Below, in pieces: positions 12,901-25,601 of a DNA stretch of 64,000 nt. The stretch comes from Octopus sinensis. Its lineage: Eukaryota. Every line of letters starts with the position of its first letter. Position 1 is the stretch's first letter. The notes under the pieces were generated by a model. The model worked only from the letters and a program-made list of their open reading frames with translations, did not search any database and was not told the DNA's origin. Made by a program: the position numbers and the translations under genes. The stretch is from NCBI RefSeq assembly GCF_006345805.1, contig NC_043007.1, forward strand, positions 59,458,001-59,522,000. The letters are read 5' to 3'.

Positions 12901-13050
12901 GGTAGCCTCGAATGTCAGTTCATAGATATGCCATTATTTAAAAAAAAAACATCGAAAAATGACAGTGGAATAAACTACCATCTATACAAATTGTTCAATC
13001 AGCATTTGTTTCTTGATAAAAACGGTATTTCGTCACCGGCCAGCAACTGA

Positions 13051-13122
13051 GGGGATGTAGCTCAGTGGTAGAGCGTTCGCTTTGCATGCGAAAGGCCCTG
13101 GGTTCGATACCCAGCATCTCCA
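13051..13122 (+). tRNA. tRNA-Ala-TGC: tRNA-Ala (anticodon UGC)
   Basis: 72-nt cloverleaf: acceptor GGGGATG/CATCTCC with the G3:U70 alanine determinant, D arm GCTC/GAGC, anticodon stem TTCGC/GCGAA with loop TT-TGC-AT, T arm CTGGG/CCCAG with loop TTCGATA, discriminator A. No intron. Confidence 0.96.
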
Positions 13123-13136
13123 GAATTGCTTATTAA

Positions 13137-13149
13137 TTTTGAACTTTTT
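13137..13149 (+). terminator. Pol III oligo-T terminator of tRNA-Ala
   Basis: TTTT at 13137-13140 and TTTTT at 13145-13149, 15-27 nt downstream of the tRNA. Confidence 0.7.
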
Positions 13150-15814
13150 CTTTTAAAGTTATAATAAAAACCATCCTCCCAAAATACTATCGCTCTTTGT
13201 AAATAGAGACAGCATCGTTTCTCATTTCAAACCGCATAATTTGTTCAAATATTAAGAATATCTCAAATTATCGCCCCCGATGCCGAGATAAAAAGAGTGC
13301 ATTTCGCACCAAAAATCTTGTGTGAGACTTTCTCTCGTGGTAAATACCGCAGTAAAGTTTGTTCTAACCGAACATTCACGTTTAAGTGGGGATAAATTCA
13401 AATTTATATCAATAGGAAATATCCAATAAGGAATTTTTTAATCTGTAATATCTTAGAAAGGGATCCAGTTTTTTTTTCATTCGCAAAATATGCATTTTTT
13501 TTAAAGGAAGTAAAAGCCTGAAAATCGGCTATAATAATGTAGCCTTCCAGTCTCATTGCTGTTATATTAATATATTTGTCTGTATGTGTTTACTTTATGC
13601 GTATTTCAGTATTATGTATACCTGTCATGTATTTGTGTACATCATTAATATATAAGTGCGTATGTGTGTGTGTGGGGGAGGGTTGAAAAGGGGGAGTCTG
13701 TCTCCGAAACTACAAAGTTGAGTAACGTTTTCATGCTTGGATTTGTAAACTACGATAAGAATAACACTAGTCAACAAAGAATTTGTCTCAAGGTAAAAAA
13801 ATACCTGTATCTTATATGTTTTTGCATCCAGAATTAACAAAAATAGTGTCAAATTATCTGTACCACCCACTGTTTCTTTGTTCCACTATATCCCTACTCT
13901 TAATTTAATTTTTTATGAATAGAATTAACCTAGTGAAATCTTAAATCCAGCTATCTAAGTCAATGAGTCCCAAATATATATGAAATGAAAAATATGTAAA
14001 AATGCTAACACACAGAAAAATACTAACCCAAGGCACAAAGTTTCTGAAATTTTAGAGGATGATGGCGATAGTGTTATATGTTGTGAAGCTCGTGGCATTA
14101 ACAGTATTTTCTACGTATTTGAAGTGAAATGGCTTCTAATAGGAATGGAGCCGATTTTGGGTGCATCACCATCAGTCTAGACTTGTTGGTCAACATTATT
14201 TTCGCTACTCTTATTTTTCTAAACGTTTTTACTTCGCACGAATTCACTCTGTTAGTAGAGCAATTTAAACTTGAGTATCTATTTAGATTTTTAAAATCTT
14301 ACGAAGCTGGTATTTATACTTTAGACGACTCAGTCTTGAGTGACTCACTGTTCTCTACCAGTGGGCAATGCAGCTGGTGGTAGAGCAATCTTTGCATTTT
14401 TATAGAATATTAGTGATAGACATGAACAACAACATTTTAAAGGAGACTGACGTCAACGAAGGTTAATCAAGCAATCCATCCTAGTGGATTTTCATCCCAG
14501 GAAATATGAATAACTTTCAGAAATGCCTGATCCTGTTGTGCTACAGCGGAGTACAGCTGCTTCAGGATAAACGCTATAGGTATAGAAGTGGAAGTACTAT
14601 CAACGATATTTGTCCGAGCTACGAGTATGACTGATTCGGCTGTCAGCAGAGTCCATTGTAAGGATTTTCATGTAGGTTAGTTTTTCCACTGACTGGTAAC
14701 CAAAGCAAATGTCTTAAAACTTGTACGTCAAGTATTTTATCATACGTAGCTTTAAAAGATATTTTCTCGGCCCAGACAACCGCAAAATGGGCGATATTGG
14801 TATTTTCTTCTGCATCAATCTTTATCAAACTCTGATGAAAAACGTTCCAGTTATCGCCACCGTGTTCAATGATCAGAATATTATACTAAGACTAAGTTAT
14901 CCATAGATGGTAGGACTTGATATGAGTAAAACTTGGTTGATATTTTTAGCATGTCGACTAACCACATGGAAGCTCCCTAATTGTCTCATGTGTGTGGAGT
15001 TGTAACATAGAGTTAAACATATACTTACATACTTCTCATTCAAGTAAGTATGTTAAGAAATTTAATCTCCAATTATCTATGTTTTTCATGTAGAAGGCAT
15101 GTGATGTCGAAAATTCATTTTTTGACTCGATCATTTTAAGTTCTGGTAAGTAAAGGTAAAAATTTGCTTCACTGAAGACGCTTAATAAGACTGAAATTTG
15201 TCCAGAGTTGTCCGTACTTACTAGACATCAGATTGACCTTTCACTATAATTGTTTTATTTATTGGAGAAGGATCCTACTTTCATTTCAAACAGATTAGGA
15301 ATATTTATAAGAGACAATATAGATTCTAAGTGCTACTTGTCTGATCTCTTATGACAGTAATGGTGTACATATACTTCTCACCACGAGCGCACACCATATA
15401 TAGGCAAATTAATTGCTTGTATAGGAAACCCCAGAAAAATAGTTGTTCCTTCATGCAGGCTGTCTCAAAGGAATGATGGAACTAGTGTTCAGGCTGTCTC
15501 AAAATAACGATAACTCTTACAAAGCCATGTCTTCAAGCAGTTTATCTTAAATACAGTAATTCTCACATAACCTATCCACTGCTACCATATGTCAACAAAA
15601 GTACGCAACTGAACCTCGCACGGCCTACTGACGAAACATTCGCCATATTTACAATGCTGTCGCTGTTTACGGAGATGAATTGTTCTTACTGTGTAGTACT
15701 AACTTACAGCCAGATAAAAATGCAACTGTTTCAAGATTAAGTCTTTTCACCCCGAAGACAATGCTGACAACAAAGATTGAAACACCGATTTCTCGACTGG
15801 CTGTCCCTCTACAC

Positions 15815-16032
15815 AAGTGCTTCTCAATCGGGGTCCATATGGCCCCTGGAGTGCCACATAAGACATTTGCAGTTTAAATTTATGTGCAATATATCTTTTA
15901 ATCCAATTCCTAATAATATTTCATTATAAAAATATAATGGCACTTTTTTAAATATCGAATGCCTATGAGGGTCTAGTAGAGTAACATTGGAATCATAGAG
16001 GTCCATAGATGAAAAATGGTTGAGAACCACTG
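15815..16032. mobile_element. hAT (Charlie-like) MITE
   Basis: TIRs aagtgcttctcaa / ttgagaaccactg match the CAGTGGTTCTCAA type. The 8-bp TSD is ctctacac / ctatacac (one mismatch). Confidence 0.8.
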
Positions 16033-16472
16033 CTATACACAATCTGATCTGCTCATCCATTTATGTTCTCATGTTAGCAACAGAAAAAAAAAGAAAAGAA
16101 AATGCGGTTAAATTTTCATTGCTGACATTGTGATTCAGACAAATCAATGCAGTTGATACTATTGGAGAGAACTGTAACCCGGACAGGATGATTTGACGTA
16201 ACTACTACGAGGCTTACATTCTTAAATTAACAAACTTCACCAGTACATTTGATACTATTATAAATACCATTAATATAATTACTCTGCACCAGTTGCAAGT
16301 ATCTATTTCTCCGCCGTGAAACAATGCTGTATTCAGACACATCAATGGCTCTGCATTTTATTTTGGCTAAGGCAGACTGCTAATTATCTATGTATAGAAA
16401 TACACAATGTTATAAAAATATATTTAGACATATACCCACAGACACAGACACACACACACACACACAAACACA

Positions 16473-16558
<86 letters not shown>

Positions 16559-16894
16559 TATGCAGACGTATGCAACCAGCACAGCCGAAACATATATGCA
16601 CATGAATAAATACACACACACACACATACACACACACACATACACACACATATACACACACACTACATATTGATATGTGTGCGTGAGTGTGTATGTGTGT
16701 ATGTGTCTGTGTTTGTTTGTGTGGAGATGCTACAGTAACTCAAGGGCCCAAAGTTTCGCGACAACAGTTAGAAAACTCTAGGCCCTTGACTTAATGTTGA
16801 TAAAAATATAAACTACACTGCTTTCTGTATTGTTCCAAGCATTGATAAATAGACATACCAAATATATATGTGTATATCTATTATAAGTTTCAAT

Positions 16895-17062
16895 CGTTGG
16901 ATGGCGGTCATGCTGGGGCACCGCCTAAAGTGTATTAGTCGAGTAAGTCGACATTAATATTTCTATTTTAAGTCTGGTACTTTTTACTTCAGTTTTTTTT
17001 GCCAAACCGCTAACTTAAGGAGACGTAAATAAACCAACACCACTCGTCAAGCGTTGGGGTAG
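16895..17062 (-). mobile_element. SINE family A, 3' half
   Basis: gcggtcatgctggggcaccgcc...gtcaagcgttgggg, followed by a (CCTA)n array. Confidence 0.7.
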
Positions 17063-17265
17063 AAACATCTACTTATCTACCTACCTACCTACCTACCTAC
17101 CTACCTACCTACCTACCTACCTACCTACCTACCAACCTGCCTACTTGCCTGCCTGTCTGCCTGTCTGCCTGCCTGCCTGCCTACCTACCTACTTACCTAC
17201 CTACCTACCGACCTACCTACCTACCTACCTACCTACCTACCTACCTACCTACATACATACATGCA

Positions 17266-17689
17266 TAAAAATAGATCCGCTAGGTTTCAGCCACGAAGAA
17301 TTGTTTCCGATGAAAGTTAGCACGACTACTAGCGTAAACGAACAGGGCAAAATTTTTGATGTAGTATCTGTTTCCGTGAATTTTGGCGGGCTGTGGCGGG
17401 GGCACTTGAATTATAACAGCGAATGCAATCGACTGAACCGCACGTGTGTTTATCGTTATGGTAAAATCGGGCGTGCGGTTGAGTAATTTGTATTCTGGAC
17501 GGGTTCGGCTGAGGAGCTACAGATATGTTATGTGAGTAAAATGACATAATTTATTAATAGCGAAACAATTGTCCTGAATTAATCTGCATTTTTGTTATTT
17601 TTATTTGCCCTGTTCGTTTCCGCTAGTAGTCGTGCTAACTTTCATCGGAAACAATTCTTCGTGGCTGAAGCCTAGCGGATCTATTTTTA
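17266..17689. mobile_element. MITE-like element with ~85-bp terminal inverted repeats
   Basis: The left arm taaaaatagatccgctagg...gaacagggcaaaat is the near-perfect reverse complement of 17604-17689. No clear TSD. Confidence 0.8.
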
Positions 17690-17754
17690 GTACTAGAGTC
17701 GACCACATAGTGGTTACTCTCTTATATTTACGTATAATATATATATATATATAT

Positions 17755-18012
17755 ATATTATCCGAAGTGTACAGCTTTATATATCCATCGCCGTCAATCT
17801 AACTAATCGGTTTCGCGCCAGGGATTGAACGAAGTGTAAAGTAACAAACCGATCATGCGAGTCGCCATATTTCATTTCATAACGGCTACCTCTGATGAGC
17901 GCAGGGTTACATAATCGAATTGTTACTTAAAACTCCGCTGAATCTCTAGTGCGAAACCGATTGATAAGCTTGGTCGTTATGTATGTATAATACTGTACAC
18001 TTCGGATAATAT
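17755..18012. repeat. Inverted-repeat unit (~70-bp arms) containing a hammerhead-like core
   Basis: Termini atattatccgaagtgtacag / ctgtacacttcggataatat. On the + strand, CTGATGA (17892-17898), a GCGCAGGG...CTCTAGTGC stem and GAAAC (17953-17957). Confidence 0.7.
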
Positions 18013-18104
18013 ACCATCTCTATTGACAGATATACGAGTGCATTTTTTCATGACTTATGGACTCTTAAATGACTTACACACATGCATATATATATATATA
18101 TATA

Positions 18105-18289
18105 TATGTCTGTAAATGGAATATGTGACAATTATTCAGTAGCCATGATAAAACTCCGAGTTTCGGGTACCGAGGTGGAAATCCACCTCGGCATGTAAAT
18201 TCCTCTATTTACATAATATCGAGGTCCCTTTCATTCTTTTGTTGTCTTACCATTTTTATCATGTGTGTGTGTGTGTGTTTATGTATGTA

Positions 18290-18322
<33 letters not shown>

Positions 18323-18950
18323 TGAAATAGAAAGGAGAGGCAAACAATTTAGCAAGATTTGATAAGGACATTTAATTTAATTTAGCTATATAATGAAAGG
18401 CAAAGATAGTCTATATAATGAAAGGCAAAGATAACTGTTTCTGGGATATCTCAGCTATTGGAACATCGTGCCATGCGAGGACTCCATATGCTGAGTATTC
18501 CGTCAGCGGAGATAGATAGATAGAGATAGGTTAAACATCTGTAAAAGTGAAATAAAAGTTCCTCATCAATGATAATTGTTGTGGTTCCTTGTCCTGAGAG
18601 GGAGCAGAGGTCCAAATAAATTCATTTAGATCTAGTGAGGTCGGGTATTCCTTAGGTAAATCCATGATTAGCATCCATATACCCTCACTAGGGATCTAAC
18701 TATTCTCTCCGATCAAGGAACACTAGTTGCGTGCTACTCATGTTTAAGGGGATACAATGACGTTTTCTTGATGTGGGTTGTGTCTGTATATTTTGTTTTT
18801 GTCATTGAAGAGACATGATTTATATATGACTGTTGATGCTTTCGGGGTCTCTGTTCGTGGAATTGGCGCAAGTTAGATGTGTGGTGTCCAGGTTGCCTAT
18901 GGATGATTTATGGCTGGGGGAAGAATGGATGTTAGTATCATCTACATAAA
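18105..18950 (-). mobile_element. Degenerate Penelope-like element 3' region (GIY-YIG remnant plus terminal repeat)
   Basis: Minus-strand fragments VIYKS, KIY and HATS resemble the PLE endonuclease. The 3' part has the hairpin ccgaggtgg/ccacctcgg followed by GAAAC-TCGGA-GTT (18164-18152), a partial hammerhead motif. Confidence 0.45.
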
Positions 18951-19940
18951 ACAGGCATTATAAAATGTATGTGTGTGTGTGTGTGTGTGTGCGTGTGAGT
19001 ATGGTGGGTTTCTATGTCAGCAGCTGTATTTATGTTTACTGCTGTGAAACGCGTTAGGTATGTCAAATTGCAGCATAATGGTTCGATAACTAGCAATCAG
19101 TACCAAAATGAAATAAGTACTCGGGTCGTTGTGATCGATTAAATAATTCAGAAAGCGATGCCCCAGCATGGCCGCCGCCGGTTGACTGGAATCAAGAAAG
19201 GAAAATATAAAGCAAAAGAATAAGTGTGCACGTACGCACACACTGTACACATATGCATATTTATATACATTTATATACATGCATATATATATGTGTATGT
19301 ATATTTGTGTACTCACATACACGTGTGCGCGTGCATATGTGTGCGTACAGTGTCAGCTGTGTGCGCGCGTAGACACAAAGATTCCTAGAAAATCGCAAGC
19401 ACTCTTAGAAATACTTACACAAACATACATATATGCAGCTGTAGAAATTCGTATATGTTGCTATCTCATGAAGACATATGACAAAAATCACTAGAAGGAT
19501 TAAGAAAACGCAGTGTCTTTCTTTTTCTCCTTTTATTTCTCTTTCCATTTATCACTTCATTTATTTCGCTCTATCTCTCGCTCTCACTGCCCCCCCCCCC
19601 CCCCAAACAGGTATTACAGAAAAAGAAATTATTTTAAAGTTAGTTGTTGTAAGGCTTCTTTCTGTCACCCATATTCGGTTACCGATGGACTTCAAGTGAG
19701 AGAAACTCGGAGGATTTAGCAATACACTTTATTCTTTCTTTGCGTCACAAATGACCCCCATTCCTATGAGAAGATTTTGGTACATTATCAACTACGTTGA
19801 CGTTAATAGATCTGTCGATAAACTTCTTTGGTGGGAATTAAAGCTCGTAATCTATTAGATCTTATTTAATCCGGTTTATATGTGTGTGTGAGTGGCGGTG
19901 GGTGTGTGTACGTCCGCGCACGTGACTGTATGCATAGAAC

Positions 19941-19976
<36 letters not shown>

Positions 19977-20004
19977 ATATCTTTTATCTTTTATAGGTTT
20001 TAAT

Positions 20005-20385
20005 CACTAAACTGCGGCCATGCTGGGACTCTGTCTTGAAGAATTTTAGTCGAACGAACCGACTCCAGTATTTGATTTTTAAAACCTGATTCTTATTTTA
20101 TCGGTCTATTTTGACAAACAGCTAAGTTACGGGGACATAAATACACCAACACCAGTTGTGAAACGGAGGTGGAAGACAAACACAGATACCAAGACGAATA
20201 CACCTGCACCCCCCCCCACACACACATACACACATACATACACATATATACATACACACGGTGAGCTCCTTTCAGTTTCCGTCTATTAAATCCATTCACC
20301 CAAGGTACCATGCAGTGGAACTGAACCTGAACCTGAAACCATGTGGTGGGGAAGCAAACTTTTTACACAACTACCCCTGCGCCTA
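20005..20385 (-). mobile_element. SINE, family A
   Basis: tgcggccatgctggg tail and accatgtggtggggaagcaaac head on the reverse strand. Confidence 0.8.
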
Positions 20386-20393
20386 TACACACA

Positions 20394-20525
<132 letters not shown>

Positions 20526-21059
20526 GAGCAAAACGCCCCCCGTCCAATGGACGGTGCTGAGTTGTCAAACATTTAAACCAAATTTTCTTGGCAGTACAAA
20601 AACAAATTTTCTTGGCAGTACAAAAACAACAAAAAAGGAAGGTGCAGTTATGTACAGGTTGACGGAAGAAAAGCAGGACAAAAACGATGCATGCAAATGG
20701 GTTAGCTGGAGGTAAATCTAGATGGAAAAGCACGATGAATTTATGAGAACATACCTGGGGCAATAATAAGTTTATTCGATAAAACATGTAGGAAATCAAC
20801 TTGGGGCGATTTTTGATGAAAAGTAACAACCTAGGGAACTAAGTAACTAATTTTAAGCTAACTTCACGGGATGTTCAATGGCAAGGGAAAGCTAATGGAG
20901 CGCAGCCTTAAGCATGTCTTTATTTCAATAAAAGTTTTGGTTTTGTTAAACGAAGTTAAGGAAAAAAGAACTTCTTGAGAAACCAAATAGTCTTTCCTTC
21001 CTTCATGCCAAGTTTGAAGAAAATATCTCTTTTGCATCTTACTGTTTTGGACTCTTAGA

Positions 21060-21937
21060 TATACTGCATTTTGTGGTATTATTTCAAGCCAGCCGGCTTT
21101 TTTTGCGCAAACTGCACGTGCATTTTTCTCATATTGGCGATATGTGGAGGGCGCTGTCGTGCAGCACAACTCCATGCTGCCGATTAGGTCTTTTCTCTTG
21201 AATAGCCGTGTTGAGTCGTTCCATCTGTTGAACATGGTTCTCCGCGTTGACCGTTTGGTTCCGTTCAAGCAATTCGTAGCGGATAACCCCTACCCACTCC
21301 ACTCCCACCATACGCACAACATCGTTTTACGTGGACGAAGATCTTGTTTCACGCGCGGTGTCGCTTGCTTACCGGGGCTAAGCCATTCCACCATTTTTCG
21401 TCGCCAGTAACGATTCGATAAAGAAATCGTTGCTTGTGTCTATGAGTTGATTTTAGTAGTTGTCACTTAAAGCATGCGCAAGCCATGCTCCATACTTCTG
21501 AACCTTTCCCATCGAGTGAAGATGCTTCTCTATAGCAGTATGGAAGCATTCCATTTTCTCTGCCAGTTCTCTTGTCGCTTGACGAGAATTTTCGTGCAAA
21601 AGTTGGTTTAATCGCTCTTCATCGAACTCAACTGGACGGCAAGAACGAGGTGCGTCTTTGAGATCAAAATTTCTATTTTTGAACTTGGGATACCAATCAC
21701 GAGCGGTTCTTTCAGCTATGGCACCCTCTCCATACACAGCACAGATGTCGCGGGCAGCTTTTGCGGCCTTAGAATCTTGATTAAAAGTAAAAGGTGTCGA
21801 AAATGCTCGTTTTTCTTAACTTGACATTCCATTTTAATGATTTGAAAATAAACAAAAATTAACTAAAATTAACTAGAAATAAAACAAAATACATCCCCAA
21901 ATTAAAAAAAACGGCGGGAACTTAGTTGCCAACCCAA
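21060..21937 (-). mobile_element. Mariner transposon remnant (5' TIR plus disrupted transposase, 3' end lost)
   Basis: TIR ttgggttggcaactaagttcccgccg follows TA. Translation gives MECQVKKNEHFRH, YGEGAIAERTARDWYPKF...DAPRSCRP (paired/HTH region), YELL...TVNAE and VVLHDSA...GWLEIIP. Confidence 0.9.
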
Positions 21938-21949
21938 TATATATATATA

Positions 21950-22101
<152 letters not shown>

Positions 22102-22773
22102 GCAATAATAAATCTCTGAACAAGATGTAAACAGTAACTGCTCGACCACGTAAAGTATACTAGCCACCTCGATATGGCTAACCACTAAGGGTGGGTGTTA
22201 CTGTAGCTTTTAGCCCCAGGAGATCATCGTCTCCAGCTGGCTTTAGGCACACTTTCTGTGCCCTTATGGTTTACGGGAGAGGGATGACCCCCCTTTGCAA
22301 ATACCATAAGGGTACAGAAAGTGTGCCTAAAGCCAGCTGGAGACGATGATCTCCTGGGGCTAAAAGCTACAGTAACACCCACCCTTAGTGGTTAGCCATA
22401 TTGAGATGGCTAGTATACTTTACGTTGTCGAGCGGTTACTGTTTACATCTCGTTCAGAGATTTATTATTGCTTGCAGAATGTTTTTCGAAATCAGTGACA
22501 ATAGTTACTGGGAAAAACATTAAATAGATATTTGCAAACAGGTCTCTCTTCATCGAAAACCGGTGATTACCGTACGTTGACAAGAGGCAAATACCTTGAA
22601 ACTGCAGTCTGTGCGTATCACTTAGGTTTACGAGAGAGAGATGACCTCCCTTTGCAAATACCATAAGGGTACAGAAAGTGTGCCTAAAGCCAGCTGGAAA
22701 CGATGATCTCCTGGGGCTAAAAGCTACAGTAACACCCACCCTTAGTGGTTAGCCATATTGAGATGGCTAGTAT
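22102..22773. repeat. Inverted plus direct triplication (hairpin with ~170-bp arms and a third copy 357 bp downstream)
   Basis: 22102-22270 is the reverse complement of 22303-22471. Loop plus arm (22268-22418) is repeated directly at 22625-22773. Confidence 0.9.
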
Positions 22774-22783
22774 TCTTTATATA

Positions 22784-22825
<42 letters not shown>

Positions 22826-23094
22826 ATATTATATATATATATATTATATATATATAGATAGATAGATAGATATGTGTACACACACACACACATAAATTTA
22901 ATTAGAGGATATGTTAACCTCATGAAGGGATGGTTGCATCCAAAGAAATACTGGTTCAATACCTAGTATTCTTGGGGAATGAAATTCCCTTAAAACAATA
23001 GGTATGTATTGAGGATATAGCTTATATCCAGTTAAAAGAAGAAAAGAAAGTGGAGATAACGAAGTTAACAGATATTATTAACAAATTGGTCATC

Positions 23095-23348
23095 TTCGCT
23101 TCTCACAGCTGTTTCAATTAATACTGAATAATTTAATTAAAAATTTGTTCATTAAATTTGCATTTATGTGACACGAGCATAATTTCATCAGAGGAAAAAA
23201 TATATGTACTTTGAGATGCTATATGCGGACCTATCAACTCATTTCAGCAGACTGCTGAAATTATACTCATGTCACATAAATGCAAATTTAATGTAAAAAT
23301 TTGTAATTAAATTATTGAGTATTAATTGAAACGGCTGTAAGAAGCGAA
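23095..23348. repeat. Inverted-repeat unit (~95-bp arms), each arm a minimal hammerhead-like motif
   Basis: Minus strand: CTGATGA (23191-23185), AATTA...TAATT, GAAAC-AGCT-GTG. Plus strand: CTGCTGA (23252-23258), AATTA...TAATT, GAAAC-GGCT-GTA (23328-23339). Confidence 0.8.
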
Positions 23349-23412
23349 AATGGGCAATTTTTTGATAATAGATAATTATTAACTTCCTTATCTCCATTTT
23401 CTTTTCATCTTT

Positions 23413-23465
<53 letters not shown>

Positions 23466-23502
23466 ATGTATGTATATGTATATGTATGGTTGCTACATAT
23501 AG

Positions 23503-23730
23503 GTGCAGGCGTGGCCCTGTGGAAAGAAGTTAACTTTCCAACCTCATGATTCTGGTTTCAGTCCCACTGCGTGGGCAAGTGTTGTCTACTATTGTGTGTG
23601 TGTTTCTTCCCGCCACCACCACTTGACAACTGGTGTTGTGTTTATGTTCCTGTAACTCCAGCAAAAGAATACGATAGAATAAGTGCCAGATTTTTTAAAA
23701 ATCAGTAGTGTAGGGTCGATTCCTTCACCT
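23503..23730 (+). mobile_element. SINE, family A (partial)
   Basis: gcaggcgtggccctgtggaaagaag...ggtttcagtcccactgcgtgg...gaatacgatagaataagt. Confidence 0.7.
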
Positions 23731-23753
23731 ATAAGATAAAAGATACACACACA

Positions 23754-23814
<61 letters not shown>

Positions 23815-24909
23815 AACGCACACATATATACTCCTTCAGTACCTGTCTGTATGCATGTATGGAGCAATACACACATTTCAGTTCAAATTCCATCGAAGTT
23901 AACAACAATGTACTGTGCTAGACTCACTGGACTTGTTCCCAAAGTGGGTTTCTCTGTATTAGCTTGCACCCTTTGTATTAAGGTTTTCCTTATCATAGTT
24001 AGAAATCGTAGGATAAATTCATTTAATATATTTTTTTAAAGACATTGCAATCGAGATATGTCAGCGACTTCCTTTTTTCTGCTAGATATAGCAGGCAAAT
24101 CTCTCTCCCATTTCCCTTTACTGTCTTGAAAACGGGAAGGTTTAGATATACTCTCGGATCGTCTTGGTTAGAATGTCTTTAAGTGTCTGCTCGATCATAT
24201 TAACAAGGATCTAAACGACAGCAACGATAACATCGACAGAGAGAACAACAAAACCAATAACGACGACTACGACGACGATGACACGCAAAACATGAGAGAA
24301 AATGGATGCATTTTCCGAAGGTGGTAGATAAGGTTGAAGCAGATGATATTTCAAAAACTGGCCTTTGTACTCGCGAAATAAAAATGAATAAAGAAATGGA
24401 GACATTTTAGTGAAATATATCATAAATCTTGAGCGAAATGGAGAAAAGACTTTTAGCGTAAAAAATACTAAAAGAGAGGAGCCATTTTGTATAAGAATCT
24501 ATTTGAGCATATATGTGTTTGCATCTGAGTATGTACCAGTATGCGTATAATTCTGATAGTATATGTATTTGTATGTGTACGTGTGCATGTGTGTGTGTAT
24601 GCGCGCGTGTTGTTACGTACACATGTACATGTAAAGTGTGGTGTATGAGGATCTTTATGTGTTTGCACACGTTCATTTGTGTGTACGTGAATATGTTACT
24701 ACATGTCAATGTGTGACTGTACCTATATGTGTACATGCGCGCGCGCGTGTGTGTGTGTGTGTGTGTGCGTGTGTGTGTGTGTGTTTCATGATGTGTACAA
24801 AAGCATGCGGTGTTTTATACGCTTGTAAATCTTAAGCGAGCGCTGATAAGATTGAGCTAATTTGACATAAATATAACAAAAAAAACAAATGAAAATGAAT
24901 TTTATGAAG

Positions 24910-24914
24910 CTGCC

Positions 24915-24952
<38 letters not shown>

Positions 24953-24982
24953 TGGCTAAAAGAGAGGGCTAGAGAGAGGGCT

Positions 24983-25015
<33 letters not shown>

Positions 25016-25145
25016 AAGAGAGAGAGAGAAAGAGAGAGAGAGAAAGAGAGAGAGAGAAAGAGAGAGAGGGTGGCTAAAAGAGAGGGCTAGAGAGAGGGCT
25101 AGAGAGAGAGAGAGAGAGAGCGAGGGAGGGAGGGAGAGGGGGAAA
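24910..25145. repeat. (GA)n compound array with a duplicated gggtggctaaaagagagggctagagagagggct unit
   Basis: Visible directly. Confidence 0.9.
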
Positions 25146-25416
25146 GGAAGGGAGATATTAGAGTGTAGCAGAGAAACTGATAGAGGGTGAGATAGAAAAG
25201 AAGTAGAAGGGCTAGTTTGACTGTAAATGAGATTGATAATAGAGATGAAGAAAAGAAAAAATTAAAGAAAGTAGGCTATATTAGAAAAATTGGTTAAGAG
25301 ACAAACCATGCTGAAAACTGAAGAATTTTTTATAGGTAGAGACGCGTAAGTGCGGATATAAGTGAACGTGTAGGCGTGACACCATCTATATGTACATGAG
25401 TGTGTGTGTGTTTGTG

Positions 25417-25460
<44 letters not shown>

Positions 25461-25601
25461 AGATAATGGTGCCATTGAGACCCAAAGGTGTCAGGTAATG
25501 CTGAATAAGTGCTATAGACAGACCATAGTTAAGTTCCAGATTCGGTAATATTGCGAATAAAGGGTTCAACGTTGGTTCTATGTCAGCGTGTGTATATAAG
25601 A

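Noticed and set aside
12494-12905. Asn/Ser/Thr-rich ORFs
   Set aside because: They derive from a CAA/CAG mosaic and are open in multiple frames on both strands.
14050-14950. Non-repetitive stretch with a possible hAT-like TDG motif on the minus strand
   Set aside because: There are stops in all frames, no TIRs, and the motif match could be chance.
20577-20626. 24-bp tandem duplication (similar short duplications at ~18390-18437 and ~49030-49058)
   Set aside because: These are ordinary two-copy slippage duplications with no spacers, so not CRISPR-like. No CRISPR array exists in this eukaryotic window.
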